DNA of 64,000 nucleotides from Piedraia hortae CBS 480.64 (taxonomy: Eukaryota): the NCBI GenBank assembly GCA_010093745.1, contig MU005978.1, positions 186,001 to 250,000 of the forward strand. Reading direction: 5' to 3'. A program made the translations under genes and the position numbers. Below are positions 21,882-34,029 of this stretch, piece by piece (position 1 is the stretch's first letter; every line of letters begins with the position of its first letter). The notes under the pieces were generated by a model. That model had not been told where the DNA came from and did not search any database. It saw nothing but the letters and a program-made list of their open reading frames with translations.

Positions 21882-23000
21882 ATGTTTCAATTCCGCCTCC
21901 CCAGCTGGGCAAGTCTCGGCAGCAGTAATCCTCTAAATATCCCTCCCGTGCACATCCATTCAATCGAATCGCTGCCCGAGAAACGGGCGCGTACACTCAA
22001 ACATCTCCTCAAAGGCAACCACATCAACCACTCCCTCTTCTCCAACAACGACTACGACTCATACAACCCAATCTCTCACATCCTAAGCGCATATTTCGTC
22101 CTCGGAGCGAGCAGCACCCAGCTAAACGATCTATACACATCTGTCAGCGAATCCACCCACCTTAGCCCATGGCGCGACAGTCCCAGCGAAATCGCAAAAC
22201 ACGACTGGGCCAGCCAACTAGGCGAAGCATCATACCAACGCGCGTGGGTGGACTTTTTCGAAGACGCCCTCGTACAAAGATCATACAACTGGAAATCCGT
22301 CGTCTCAGACCTCCTCCTCAACAACGAGCATCCACTCATCCATAGACTCATAACCACCAAAGGCGCCGGCGAACCTCTAATCCATCTCGCGAATGCCGTG
22401 GAGCTGGATAGCCGCACATTAGCCATGGAAGCCCTCGCAGCTACAGCAGTCTGCGCTGTCGAACCAGAGGAATCCAAGTTCAGTGAAAAGCAGCCCGTCC
22501 CATCAGACTCCATCTTCACCCTCCTGGAGCGCGTAGCGTCTGACCCAACCATTTCATCCAACGGGGGCTACCAAAACGCATGGCAGCCAACCTCCCACAC
22601 ACGAACCCACCTCGCAGAGTGTCAGAAAGCCGCTGTGGCATTGTACTTTAACTCTCCAAGCTCGGAAACTGCCCAGATCCTTTTGCTAACACACTCGATA
22701 CGCACTCTTTTAACAACGATTATCCCGCCGCAGTTTCACAAGTCTATACTCATGCAGTGGTGGAAGTACACACTGCGTGTGTATACTACTGTCGGGAGGC
22801 CGGTTGTGAACCTCGATCGTGTGAAGCTCGTTGATCTGCATCATGTGAATGGATGGGAGGGTGTGAGGGAAAGTGTGCTACAGAAAGGGCAGAACGGAGC
22901 TAGGTTGGGGATGGTAGTCAGGGCGTTGGAGGGCATGAGTCAGACATGGGGAGATGAGAATAAGTTTTTTTTGCGGGCGGCGGTAGGCCTGAGTAGCTGA
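21882..23000 (+). CDS. Questin-oxidase-family (DUF4243 / HypA / MGS207-like) protein
   Basis: EKRARTLKHLLKGNH, DW...LG..YQRAWVDFFED, PLIHLANAVELDSRTLAMEALA. Confidence 0.72.
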   Translation: MFQFRLPSWASLGSSNPLNIPPVHIHSIESLPEKRARTLKHLLKGNHINHSLFSNNDYDSYNPISHILSAYFVLGASSTQLNDLYTSVSESTHLSPWRDSPSEIAKHDWASQLGEASYQRAWVDFFEDALVQRSYNWKSVVSDLLLNNEHPLIHRLITTKGAGEPLIHLANAVELDSRTLAMEALAATAVCAVEPEESKFSEKQPVPSDSIFTLLERVASDPTISSNGGYQNAWQPTSHTRTHLAECQKAAVALYFNSPSSETAQILLLTHSIRTLLTTIIPPQFHKSILMQWWKYTLRVYTTVGRPVVNLDRVKLVDLHHVNGWEGVRESVLQKGQNGARLGMVVRALEGMSQTWGDENKFFLRAAVGLSS

Positions 23001-23800
23001 GTATAGTCATGCACGAAAAGCAATTCTGTGTGCTTTCGCTCTACAGTAATTTCTGGTGCGAGACGTAGTCATTCGCCTTCAAACCTACACATGCCTGTGT
23101 GGAATCACAGTTTCCGCAACGTCTACGCATGCAGGGAATCCATTTCCATGAGTCATGAGGTAAAAGACCAAGCGAACAAACCAGACCAATAAACCCACGA
23201 GTTATATCCACCACACACTTACCCACCCAGTCAAACTCCAAAAAGCCAAAAAGTGCCCACAAAAAAAGCCAAGCCTTTATACCCACTTACCCTATCAAAC
23301 CCGCCTAAAGCCCGTCCCCACGCCAATAAAAGTAACCTCCATACCCCCCTCCCTCCCCCCCTCCCCCACATCATACACACTCCCCAACCCCAACCAGCAA
23401 TAAGGAAAAAGCCATCCACCCCTCACATATTAATATCAGAACGTCAGAATGTCATCACTTAAACCCTATGACAGTCACCCCTATAAAGTTACCCAGCCTA
23501 TCCTACCCTACCCAACTCCATCAATCAACAGAGAAGTTTGAAAACCCAAACACCAAAGAACTCCCAGTCGCAAAACACGCACGCCAGAATGCTCATTCAA
23601 GAAAATCAAAAGTTGGGGTGGGTAGACCGGAGGGTAGACTGGAGGGAGGGAGGGAGGGCGGGCGGGCGGGCGATTGGGTAGACGAGCCTTCAGAAGACGG
23701 AGATAGACAGGCTTTCGGAGGACAGATAGGCAGGAAGGCGGATAGACTCGCCCTGTCGGTAGTCCAACCGTGTTAGCCCCCCAACCCCAACACTGTAAAA

Positions 23801-26800
23801 TCAAGCCTCAACAGTCCTCTCCTTCCCCCTCCTCGCCTGCCTTCCCGTCCCATTCTCCATCGTCTCATCAATCGCAGAATGTTCCTGATGCTCTGACCTC
23901 GCATCATGGACGACTCTCGCTGAGGAGCCTGTCGTGGCGGGTACTTCGCCTGGTGTTCCTCCACCTGCGGGAGCAGCAGAAGTAGTAGCAGCAGCTTCCC
24001 CCTCACCCACGCCCGGCGCCTTGGCCCGATCGCCATATTTCTTCAGGATCTCCTTGGTGGTGATATCCGCGCTATTCGCAAACAGCGACGAGTCGTTCAG
24101 AATCATCGCCAAATCCTCCGGGACCTAGTTCATCAGTCAGTCATTGCTCTAAAAAAAACTTGCCCACCCGTCCACCCCACCCCCCTTCTTGGACATCCAT
24201 ACTCACCTCACACATGGCCTCATTAAACTCAATAAGCGAATGTACCGCCTCGATCGCCAGAAAACTATCATCCACGGGGACATTTTCCTTCCCCCTATGA
24301 ATCACATTCGGGGTGATAACCGTCGCGAGGTTGTGCACATCCATTTTACTCCCACACTCCTCATCCACATGACTGAAGGATGCCACCCAATTAAAAAAAT
24401 TGAAAAGCACCTCCATCGTATCCCGATGAGCCTTTGGGAGGAGACAACACGTGAGGTGCAAAATCCTACGTCTCTTCTCCGCATCGTCAATTCTCTGCGA
24501 CGTAATCCACAGATTATGCAGCTTATGCGTTAGCAGCGGATCTGGCATCTCACGAAGGAATTTCTTTAGCAAAGCAGCGACCTGGACGGGGTTTTCTTTT
24601 GATAGGTCGACGTCGATTGTGCCTTTGGAGTCGACTTCTTCTTTGAAGTCGTTCAGGCGTTTGATGTTTCCGTTTTTGCGAAAGACGCCCTCGACGGACA
24701 TGTCCATGCTTTTCATGGCGGTGATGGTTTCTTGGATTAGGGAAGGGATTTTTAGGGAGCCTGGCCCGACCCCGTCGGTGCTTTCTTCGTAATCACGCTC
24801 GACGAGCTGTTCGAGGGGAACGCCGAAGATGGCGGTTTTGTGGGACTTGATTTTCTTGTCTTTGCCTTGGAAGGCTTTGCCGAATTTGGACCAGAAGGTG
24901 GGTCGCTTCGCTTCGATTAGGTCGAGGAGTTCTTCTTGGTTGAAATGGCCTTCCAGGAGGGGCTCCATGGAGAGGACGGCGACGTGTCGCACGATGAAGT
25001 ATTCTAACGCCGTGAGTTCGGAGAAGTAGCGTTTTGTCCCGATGGGGCGGCCGGTGTCTTTATCGAGGAGGTTGGAGTCGGAGACGTCCCGCGTATTGCC
25101 GTTTACGAGACGCGCTTTTGGCTCCTGTGGCAGCATAGGCTGGCGGGCGTATCTGCTTGCGTTGGGACGCTGTTCGCGCGTCTGCTGTGCTTGGACGATG
25201 CGTGGGATGTCGTCTAGGGTCATGGTGTCTTGGCGACCAAAGGTCAGCTGCGGGATGGGCTGCCCGTCGCTGTCTGTGTCTTCTACGATCTGGAACGTGC
25301 CTGTACGTCGTCGATTCATGCCGCTTTCGTCTGCTGAGCCTGGCCGCATGCCCTCTGGACTGTCGATGATTCGGCTCTTGCGAGCCTGGCTGGCGGCGTT
25401 GGAGAGCTGCTTGTCCATGCGAGTGCTACGGAGACGGCGGATATCGCCCATGGCATCTTCATACGTTGATTCATGCGCCACCTGGCCATTGTAAGACTTT
25501 GAGCGACTGCTTGCCTTGAGCTGCGGAGGCAGTCGCTGAGATGTCGGAGCCGCGTGGCCGTCGTTGACGTCGTAGCCAAGTAGATTCGGGTCATCACTGG
25601 TATGCGGCAGAGCACCAGACGTCCGCAACTTTGCCAGCAAACGCGCATGGGCGACTCGCAAGAGATGAATGTACTGCTGCAGTCGCGTGACGGGCTGGAA
25701 TCCGCCCACCTTTGCGTCCGGAGGCGCGTGGGTATCGCAGCACACGCGGGAACTGCTCTCGACCCAGCGCGCATTGTTCCAATTGTCGCAGTAGTCTTTG
25801 GAACACTTGTAGCATTGCAGGCACGTCGTGTGGAGGACGCAGTTCTCGCGGCGGAAGCATTTATCCTCCACCGCCTTCCGACAGACGGCGCAGTTGTCGG
25901 CCAGCTTATCGACATACGTCTCAGCATCAGCCTTGGAATCCCGTTGGGCCTCAGCTGCCAGACGCTCGTCCAACTTGGCGATATCCTCCAGGAACCGTCT
26001 CAATCCCTCGGGACTGCCAGTCTCTCGCTCGAGCTTCAACGCACCAGACAGACAGATGCGGATCATCAGCTTTAGATAGTGAGCAAGACCCGTGACGAGT
26101 GATAGAAGCTCCTGCGTGACTCCCACGCGGCGCACACCGGTGTCCTGGCTCTCGACAAGCAACTGGAAGAAGCTGACCACCTTCTTGCACAGCAGCTTCG
26201 CCTCGCGGCTGTAGCTGAGGCCAGGATGCATGATGGCGTCAAACGTCTTGACCGTCGTTCCTGGCGTTGCGCCGCGCTGCTGGAGCAGGAGATCGAGATC
26301 ATCAGCGGCACCAAAAAGCAGATGAACATGGGTGATGAACTTGCTGGCAGCCATGACTCCCTCCATGTATGCGCCGTAACTAACGTGCAACAACATGTCG
26401 GAGATACACGTGGCCGACCGCTCCTCAAACGTCGACAGCGTCTGCCAGATCCAGTGCACTTTACGCTCCACAGCCTCCTCCTCCAGCCGCACAGCCTGGC
26501 GCATTTCATCGTTGGCATCCTCGTCGGCCTCGAGCTCGGCTGGATGCTCGGCAGTGTGCTCGACTGCACGATCCGGCTCAGCTTCCTTGGCCTCGCTTTC
26601 AGGCCGAGGGTCGTGACTGGCGGAACGCAGTCGAACGTTCCAATATTTATGGATCATGTAGCACTCTGGATGCCAATGCTGGTTGAGTCCATTGCGGAAA
26701 ATCTCGACAAACTGCTTCAGAATGGCCTTGTTACAGCCACAGCAGCGGGCAGCGAACCGCGTGCTATAGTGATAATGGCAATACACCTGACCCTCGTGCT

Positions 26801-27293
26801 CATAGTAGCTGTCCTGGGCGCCAAACACCGTCGGACAGACGGAGCAGGTGAAATGCTCAATATGATATTTGCGATCCAGTGCGGTAATGTACGAGCCTCT
26901 TAGGGCGCCGCCGCAGGCAAAGCACAGCAGGTCCAGACGGCGAAAGTAGTCGACCTCGCACAGCGGGAACTGGTTGGGCGGCTGATCCGGCACGGGGAAG
27001 AACTTGGAGGCCACAATCTTGCCGCAGTCATGGCAAGTAAAGCACTGCAAATGGCACGTCACCCCCAGCGCCCTCACGAATTGTCCCGTCAGCGGCTGAC
27101 CGCACTTGCCGCACTTGCGCTGATGCGCGCTGGGTCGACGAGCGGCTCTACGCTCCCGCGACTCTTCCGGCCTGGTGTCCCTCCCATTTCTCTCATCCCG
27201 ACCATCCTTCTCCACCGACTTCTCTCTACTCTCCTTCTCTTGCCTTGAATCCTCCTCACTCGCGCGCCTCGTCGTCTGGTCCGAAGGCCCCAT
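23801..27293 (-). CDS. LRG1: LIM-domain Rho GTPase-activating protein (Lrg1 type). Intron 24125-24206
   Basis: LIM zinc fingers (CGKC..HLQCFTC, CFAC..HIEHFTCSVC). RhoGAP motifs VEGVFRKNG, AALLKKFLREMPDPL and KMDVHNLATVITPN. Confidence 0.9.
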
Positions 27294-27863
27294 GGCTCGG
27301 GAGCCGAGGCCTCCGTCCTCTAATCACTTTTATCGCAACAATCACCCAACCCAAAAAAAGAAGTCCCCCAGCCGCGTTTCTTCCAATAGTATATTCAATC
27401 AGTCAATAACCCCCCGGCGTTTAAAGACGAGCGAGCGAAGCGCTGACAGGGTTTTTATTTTTATTTTTTGCGCGCGCGCGCGGCGCCTCCCGTGGGAAAT
27501 AGAACTTTTGCAGGTGTGTCGTAAGAATTTGTCTAAGATTCAAGGCGCAGCCGAGTTGTTGTAACCCATTGCTTTCCAACCCACACCCGCCGTGCGGGCC
27601 TTTCCCGCTTCCCGCCTCCCGCCTCCCGCCTCCCGTCCGTTTTTCCGCTCTATCCACAAGTAGTCTAGCGTCCCCCACGCGACATTGAACCTCCCCACCC
27701 AAACAACAACGCAGAATCAAAACAATCAAACACATCCAATCCGCAGGATCTCCACACACCACAGGTTCTCCGCACACCCAATTGGCAGGATCCCAAACAT
27801 CCACAGGACACCCTCCCCCCTCTTCCCCCTTCCCCACCCAGCAAAGCAGCAAAGCATAAGAAA

Positions 27864-28542
27864 ATGCCAGATACAATCCCCACCCCCCGCTCCCGCCCCA
27901 TCCCTCCCAAATCCGGCGACGAGCAGGCTACCTACCACCTTCGCCTAGGCGAATTCGAAGAAACTCCTTGTCTCTCCGTTGCGGAATGTAATACCCTCCT
28001 CGAATCTATCCGTTCACGGGGCGCGCGTCAGCCCGTCAACTCGGAGGTTTACAACTCCACGGTGGAGTACGTAAGAACGTTTAGCAGGTTCAAGGATCAT
28101 AAGACTGTTACGCAGGTGGATGTGTTGCTCGATGAGTGGGTTAAGAGGGGCGTGTTGGTGCCGTTTGAGAAGGCGCAGATTGGTGAGTTTTTGTGATATT
28201 TGGGAGGGGGGAATCCTTTAAGGCGTGAGTTTGCAAGACGTGTGTACATCTGGGATTCCAGTATGGGATGACTTTGCATCTACAGGCCCCATGGCTTCAT
28301 CTAAGGGTCCCAGAGATACAACCCAGAGATCCCCACCCAGAGGTTCCCACCCGCCAACCACCCACCCCCCCTCACCCACTCCCCCTCACCCCGTTTTGAA
28401 CTAAACTGATGAACCAGCATCATTGTGTTGCGACACAGCCGAAGAAGCCAAAACGCTAATCCCCTCTCTCGAATCCAAAATCGACGATGATGAACTGCAG
28501 GGCTTGCTGAACGATATTATTAAGTTGCGCGATTTTTCATAA
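27864..28542 (+). CDS. RPB4: RNA polymerase II subunit Rpb4. Exons 27864-28182, 28418-28542
   Basis: [50 protein letters not shown]. Confidence 0.92.
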
Positions 28543-28795
28543 TCACTCACTATGGCGTTGGGGTGGGGATGACTTCACGTTTCACGGCGTAGAGCATGCA
28601 ACTGAGCAGGGCATGGAACGGTAACATCACGAAACAACATCATCACGGAACGATGCAGTATGCATAGCATAGAACGAAGTAACACATACTCACGTTCTCC
28701 ACACAACGACCACAGCGTAGCCTCCCCCACCAACAAAACAATAATCCCAACTCTATAAAACCCCCCAACACCTTACTCATATACACAGTTATTCT

Positions 28796-31700
28796 TCACT
28801 TCTCATAATCCGGAAACCGTTCCGTCCCCCACCAATCACCCTCCTCCGCAGGAGAAAAATCAAACCCCCCACTTCTTCTCAAATACGCAGGCGAAGAACC
28901 TTCGCGTGAGTCAAGGGTATGGGACCGAGGCCTCTCATTATTCCCTACCTCCCCTGGATCTAGTAGTTGTGAAAGACCCGACTTCCCCGTTTTGATCGGC
29001 GAGGGGGCGTTTGAATAAATCTTCCCTGCCGGTAGTCGTGGGATTTGCTCCAGTGACGTCGAGGCGTTGCTGCTGGTTTGGTGGGAGAGATATGAGGATC
29101 CGCTGGAGGTTTTTCTCCGCTCGTGGCCGGGTCCGGCGCGGAAGGAAACGAGCATGGGTGACGAGGGCTGCGAGTTGCGGCTTGGGGAGGGGCTTTGGTG
29201 GTTTAACACCGCAGGGGACTGGGCACGGTGGGCGGCGCCTTTGTTGGACGAGAGGGTTCGTCGGAGGGGTGTACCTTGCGTGGGACTGGATTCGCCTGAA
29301 GGCGCGGGGGAGGGAGATACGAGAGCGGAGGAGGTCCCGCCTGGGAGTTTGTTTGGCGGGAATTGTAGGCCTTTGCCGAGTTTTTGGAGGACGTCTTTGT
29401 TGGCTTTTTCTAGCACGGATAGGTTCTTGAAGTTGAAGTTGCCAAAGTCATCGACGGGGACGGGCTCGCTGAGTCGACGGGAGCGGGGGTCGCGGACGTG
29501 AGGGGGTATGTGGAGTGGCATGAGATTCCGTTTGAGTGAGGTTCCTGCTGTCTTTACACGAGATAGAGCATCGTGTGGACGATCGGGATAGTCAGCCCCC
29601 GGTGTCTGCGCTGGAGAGGATTGTTCGTCCTGGAATTCGGCTGCAAAGTTTTGCATTGTTGCTCCTCGTGCGTCGAAGTACTCGGTGTCCTCCAGGTTCA
29701 AGCTGACCGGTACAAAAGATGCTTCCTCTTCACGTAGTGTGTCCCAGTTGATATCCTTGAACCACGGATGAGCTTTGATCTCTTCGCCCCCGTCGGCATG
29801 TTTGCCCTCCTTGTTCGCTCCCAGACGCTCGCTAGGATCCAGACACATCAACTTGTTCATCAGATCCTTTGCCTCCTCCGATACCGTGTCGTCCTCGGTG
29901 CTAGGCCACTGGATTTTGCGTGCCAAGATGTTCTGGAACACCTTCTCTGGAGTGTCATCGTTGAATGGAGGCCGTCCGTAAAGTCCCTCAAACAAGATGC
30001 AGCCCAAAGACCACCAATCGCTCATCTCATCCTGACACTGTCCATTGATAGTTTCCGGAGCAAGATAATCTGGTGTGCCTACAAACCGTCGACTACTGTC
30101 TTCTGGATCGAACAGAGACATTATTGGAGGCGGCATGGGCATAGACGGCGGTGGAGTGCCTGTCTTCTGTTGGCTGCTGTTGCTCTGCACAGGATGGAAA
30201 GCGTCCAGACACGGAGATTCGGCATCAGTTGCAGTCTCTTCCTCTATCGGCGTCTTGCTCTCAGCGAGTGAAACCCTCCGGAACATGGCCTCCAAGGCAT
30301 CACTGTCACCGCTGCTGCTGTGATATGCCGATGCCCGCCTCGACGGCTCCCGAGAAGCCTCTTTGAGGCTGAAATATGATGGCTGACTGAGCTCCGACCC
30401 TATAGCCGGAGTCAATGCTGGCGTTTGAGCCGGCGACTGGCTGCTTTGGTAATCAACCGATATCGACCTTGAAGACGTGGTCGATGGCGCTCTTCGGAAA
30501 GGCCCCGTTTTGAGTAGATCGGGAGGAGCATCGCCAGGCTTGGCATTGATGGCCCGCTTCTGTCGCCCGATAAGCCCCATCCGCGACAGTCCAAAGTCGG
30601 TCAGCTTCAAATGACCCTTAGAATCAATCAAAAGGTTATCCGGTTTAAGGTCACGGTGGACAATCTGCCGACTGTGAAGATGCTGCACACAGAGTACCAC
30701 CTCACCAATATATTTCTTTGTCCAGTCCTCGGGCAGTGCGCCGAGAACCTTGATCAGAGACGCACAGTCGCCTCCATTGAGGTATTCCATGACCAAATAA
30801 AGGTAGTCTTTGCTCGAAAACGTCCAGCAGAGCTTGGCAACAAAGTCGCTCTCTCCTTGCCACATCATGATAGCTCTCTCTGCCTTGACGTTGGTCACTT
30901 GGTTCTTGGCTACCATGTCGGCCTTTTTCAGCACCTTAATGGCGTAGTAGTCGCCCGTTGACTTCTTCTTCGCCAGGTAAACGCTGCCAAACGCCCCTTT
31001 GCTTATCGGCTTGATAATTTCAAAGTCCTTGATAGACGTCTGCACCGCACGAGGCTGAGGATTACCAACAACTCCGCTCAGACGCGGCGACGCTGGTCTC
31101 GCCAACACATCAGAGAGGGCAATAGAAGACCCCCGACGGTGATGGTTTCGACTCGTCTGTTGAGCCCTGATGATGGGCGAGGCATATTCGCTGTTGGACA
31201 ACACGGGAGACGCTACAGGAGAATAAGCACTATCAACTCCGCTGGTTACCCTCGCCTTGGCCATGCGCAGAGGCGAAGAAGGCGGCACCCCAGCCGGAGA
31301 TTGTTGACGAACCTGGTTGGCCAAGCTGGGCAGGACTAGACTGCGCCGTTTGGGATCATGTGGTTGTCTCCCAGAAGAGCGACCAACCGGACCCTCAGCA
31401 TTAGGCGAATCCTCGCGTCTCTGGCTCTCTGACGACTGCACCGAAACGTCCTTGTCCGTTCCTGCATCGCTTTCCACTGCAGGGGACTCCCGCTGCGTGT
31501 ACAGAAACGGCTCAGATGGCCCAGCATACGATCTCGGTGTGGCCATGCCGCCAACGACACTGCTTGCTTTGGATGAGGTAGTTGAGCAAGTGCGACGGTG
31601 CCTTATTGCGGCTGCACTGTTGTAGAGGCCCATGACAGTGGCGGGAGACGCACTGGCTATGCGGTGCACTTCACCACAATTCTCTGGCCCAATGGTAATT

Positions 31701-33271
31701 GGATGGCCCTTTACTGTATCGACCGGTTTGGCCTCATCATCTGTCATCACAGTCTCAGCCTCGGGCTCGTCCTCAGATTCGCTACTTGGCTCGCTAAGCT
31801 CACCGGCAGCGATGCGAGAAGCCTTCTGAATGGCCGCTTCGATGCATTTCTGCACTAGCAATTCGTTCTCCATGCGGATGCGTTCGGAATATTCCAAGAT
31901 ACGGCGGTGACGGAAGACTGCCTCGACCTTGCTCTTTGCCAGCTGAAACGATTCGTCGCAGAGCAGAGCGAGGCCTTGCTCGTGCTCCAGAGTGCCGGCA
32001 CTGGGCGACTGCCACTGCATCACCTGCTGTATGCGGCTTTCCGATTGCGGCGATTGCGTCCTAAACTTGCCGGGATCGTACATCTTGGTGTCCTTGATGG
32101 ACGGCGTGCTGATTTCCATGGCAGTGTCGCAGAGGTCGAGCACCAACTCCACTATACGGGCCAGCGGACGTCTCACTGCAAAGGACCGCGCCCTACGGTG
32201 GTGGCCTAGACCAGTGGCAGATGATTCGCGAGATCTCGTAGGACCAAAAGCAGGTGAGGCACGGCCAGATGACGGATTAGAAGACGAAGCCGACGACGGC
32301 CCAATAGGATAGCCTTTGTATTCCACCTTAGAGAAGGGCTGCACGGCAGCAAAGTCTTGAGATGACCGCTTGGCCAGCGAACTTTGCGCCTCCAGAGCGT
32401 CCAGAACCTTGACGAGAGCCGACCGCTGCTCATTTAGCGATTCTTGGGCCAGTTGAATGTCCAGCTCGGCGCGATGTTCCTGTGCACAGAGTTCAGAGTG
32501 CTTTTCAAACCACCACGCCGGGATCTGACGCTCGCAGATGCGGCAGAGCACCGGTGGAGGCGGCGGCAGGACCTTGTCGGCGCTCTGAACGCCGGCATCG
32601 GCCAGCGTATTGAGATAATCAGCCAGGATCTCTGCTCCAATGCCAAGCGATTCAACAAGTACATCTGGAAGGTCTATCGTGATTTCGCGGGACATGGCTG
32701 GCTTCACCATCCACATTGTATGGCTCTCTTTGCCGCTAATGCTGTCATATATCAGCATGCCCTGGGCCTCTAGCAACACATGCTTGGTAGGCTGTGGGGG
32801 CTTGTCCTCGGTGATCGGCGTGACTTCACCCTGCTGTGTTTTGTCAGGGTTTGGAGGCCCTTGATTAGTCTTTGAGCTGGGCTCCGTTGGCTGTGGGTTC
32901 TGCACTGGTGGTTTGCGGCCACGGAGGGAGAATTTGACAATTTGACTCTTGGAGTCGTCGTCTCTGATGGCATCTACACAGTCTGCAAAGGCATTCTTGT
33001 TCTCCACCAGCAAGTCGCCCACGGGCTTGCCAATCACTTCCAAAGCAGGTATTCCCGTGAGGTCTGACCAACTCTCACTGAGCCACCGCACTTTATTGTC
33101 CAGGTCCAGCTCCAGAATGGCATTCAGAGACCGTTCGGGCCCGTGTCTAAGAGCCTCTCTTGCAGGGCGGCTGTCGTTGCTAAGGGCGCGTTCGAGGCCC
33201 TGACCCTCTCCTGATGCGACCATATCCCGTAGTGCCGGGGCTGAGGCACTGCGGTGTATGGAATCGTCCAT
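28796..33271 (-). CDS. RIM15: Rim15/Cek1 (Greatwall-like) Ser/Thr kinase with PAS domain and C2HC finger
   Basis: N-terminal PAS (ILELDLDNKVRWLSESW), CRICERQIPAWWFEKHSELC, KPISKGAFGSV, HRDLKPDN, and a long insert between DFG and GTPDYLAPE. Confidence 0.93.
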   Translation of the reverse strand: MDDSIHRSASAPALRDMVASGEGQGLERALSNDSRPAREALRHGPERSLNAILELDLDNKVRWLSESWSDLTGIPALEVIGKPVGDLLVENKNAFADCVDAIRDDDSKSQIVKFSLRGRKPPVQNPQPTEPSSKTNQGPPNPDKTQQGEVTPITEDKPPQPTKHVLLEAQGMLIYDSISGKESHTMWMVKPAMSREITIDLPDVLVESLGIGAEILADYLNTLADAGVQSADKVLPPPPPVLCRICERQIPAWWFEKHSELCAQEHRAELDIQLAQESLNEQRSALVKVLDALEAQSSLAKRSSQDFAAVQPFSKVEYKGYPIGPSSASSSNPSSGRASPAFGPTRSRESSATGLGHHRRARSFAVRRPLARIVELVLDLCDTAMEISTPSIKDTKMYDPGKFRTQSPQSESRIQQVMQWQSPSAGTLEHEQGLALLCDESFQLAKSKVEAVFRHRRILEYSERIRMENELLVQKCIEAAIQKASRIAAGELSEPSSESEDEPEAETVMTDDEAKPVDTVKGHPITIGPENCGEVHRIASASPATVMGLYNSAAAIRHRRTCSTTSSKASSVVGGMATPRSYAGPSEPFLYTQRESPAVESDAGTDKDVSVQSSESQRREDSPNAEGPVGRSSGRQPHDPKRRSLVLPSLANQVRQQSPAGVPPSSPLRMAKARVTSGVDSAYSPVASPVLSNSEYASPIIRAQQTSRNHHRRGSSIALSDVLARPASPRLSGVVGNPQPRAVQTSIKDFEIIKPISKGAFGSVYLAKKKSTGDYYAIKVLKKADMVAKNQVTNVKAERAIMMWQGESDFVAKLCWTFSSKDYLYLVMEYLNGGDCASLIKVLGALPEDWTKKYIGEVVLCVQHLHSRQIVHRDLKPDNLLIDSKGHLKLTDFGLSRMGLIGRQKRAINAKPGDAPPDLLKTGPFRRAPSTTSSRSISVDYQSSQSPAQTPALTPAIGSELSQPSYFSLKEASREPSRRASAYHSSSGDSDALEAMFRRVSLAESKTPIEEETATDAESPCLDAFHPVQSNSSQQKTGTPPPSMPMPPPIMSLFDPEDSSRRFVGTPDYLAPETINGQCQDEMSDWWSLGCILFEGLYGRPPFNDDTPEKVFQNILARKIQWPSTEDDTVSEEAKDLMNKLMCLDPSERLGANKEGKHADGGEEIKAHPWFKDINWDTLREEEASFVPVSLNLEDTEYFDARGATMQNFAAEFQDEQSSPAQTPGADYPDRPHDALSRVKTAGTSLKRNLMPLHIPPHVRDPRSRRLSEPVPVDDFGNFNFKNLSVLEKANKDVLQKLGKGLQFPPNKLPGGTSSALVSPSPAPSGESSPTQGTPLRRTLSSNKGAAHRAQSPAVLNHQSPSPSRNSQPSSPMLVSFRAGPGHERRKTSSGSSYLSHQTSSNASTSLEQIPRLPAGKIYSNAPSPIKTGKSGLSQLLDPGEVGNNERPRSHTLDSREGSSPAYLRRSGGFDFSPAEEGDWWGTERFPDYEK

Positions 33272-33998
33272 GGTGCAGAGATCTTACCAACGGTTCAGTG
33301 ATCTGGGCGTTCCGGGAGAAGCCCGGGGGTGGAGTCACTCGCTTGACATGTATTGGCAAGTCATGGTTGTTGCCAAGGGAGTGTGTTGCTACAGTCTGTG
33401 CGTGTTGTGCTGCACCTGCGTATTCACCTAAGAGAACAACGCGACGAAGAAGAGAGAGAATTAACCAGTCTCAGTCGTCACGTCCCCACAGTCTTCGGCC
33501 ATTCTACCGCCGTCACCGTCGAGGGACCTTTGCTGCCCCGCAGAGGCTAGTGCGCTATTGACGTTGGACTAACCGGTTTGGAGCAGCCACCGCCTGGCCT
33601 GTGCGTAGCAATATCCCACCGTCACGCAATTTTTGCTTCTGCATTTGTCGAGTGGAAAGTTGAATCATGCTATACTACTCGAAAGCCCACATCCGTAAGT
33701 AGCATTTTTAAGCGGTTGGAGCGACCGAAGCATGACCGAAGCATGACATGGAATGCAAGATTGCCAACCACCGCGAAACGATATTGGCTATCTACCTTTT
33801 ATACAAAACATTCTTCAGCCAAAACTGTAGAGGTTTAGGGGCACATCCTATGTAGCTGCAATCCGCGTGACCAGCAGGGGTCACAGGAAGGAGTGCACAT
33901 GCCAGGGTGATGATAAGAAGAAACACCAACTGAGGCATTTCAGCTCCGCTAGAATAGGGTAAACATTTAGGCTAGGCTGTAGCTGAACATGGAGTACC

Positions 33999-33999
<1 letters not shown>

Positions 34000-34028
<29 letters not shown>
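34000..34028. repeat. (CA)n microsatellite in the RIM15-DNF1 divergent intergenic region
   Basis: About 14 uninterrupted AC units. Confidence 0.95.

Positions 34029-34029
<1 letters not shown>

Noticed and set aside
3912..23000. Secondary-metabolite cluster (flavin monooxygenase plus questin-oxidase-like gene)
   Set aside because: The genes are 16 kb apart, interleaved with housekeeping genes, and no PKS, NRPS or terpene synthase is present.
28183..28230. Second GTGAGT at 28225 as a micro-exon or alternative donor in RPB4
   Set aside because: A 2-nt exon would shift the frame, and using the later donor includes an in-frame TGA.
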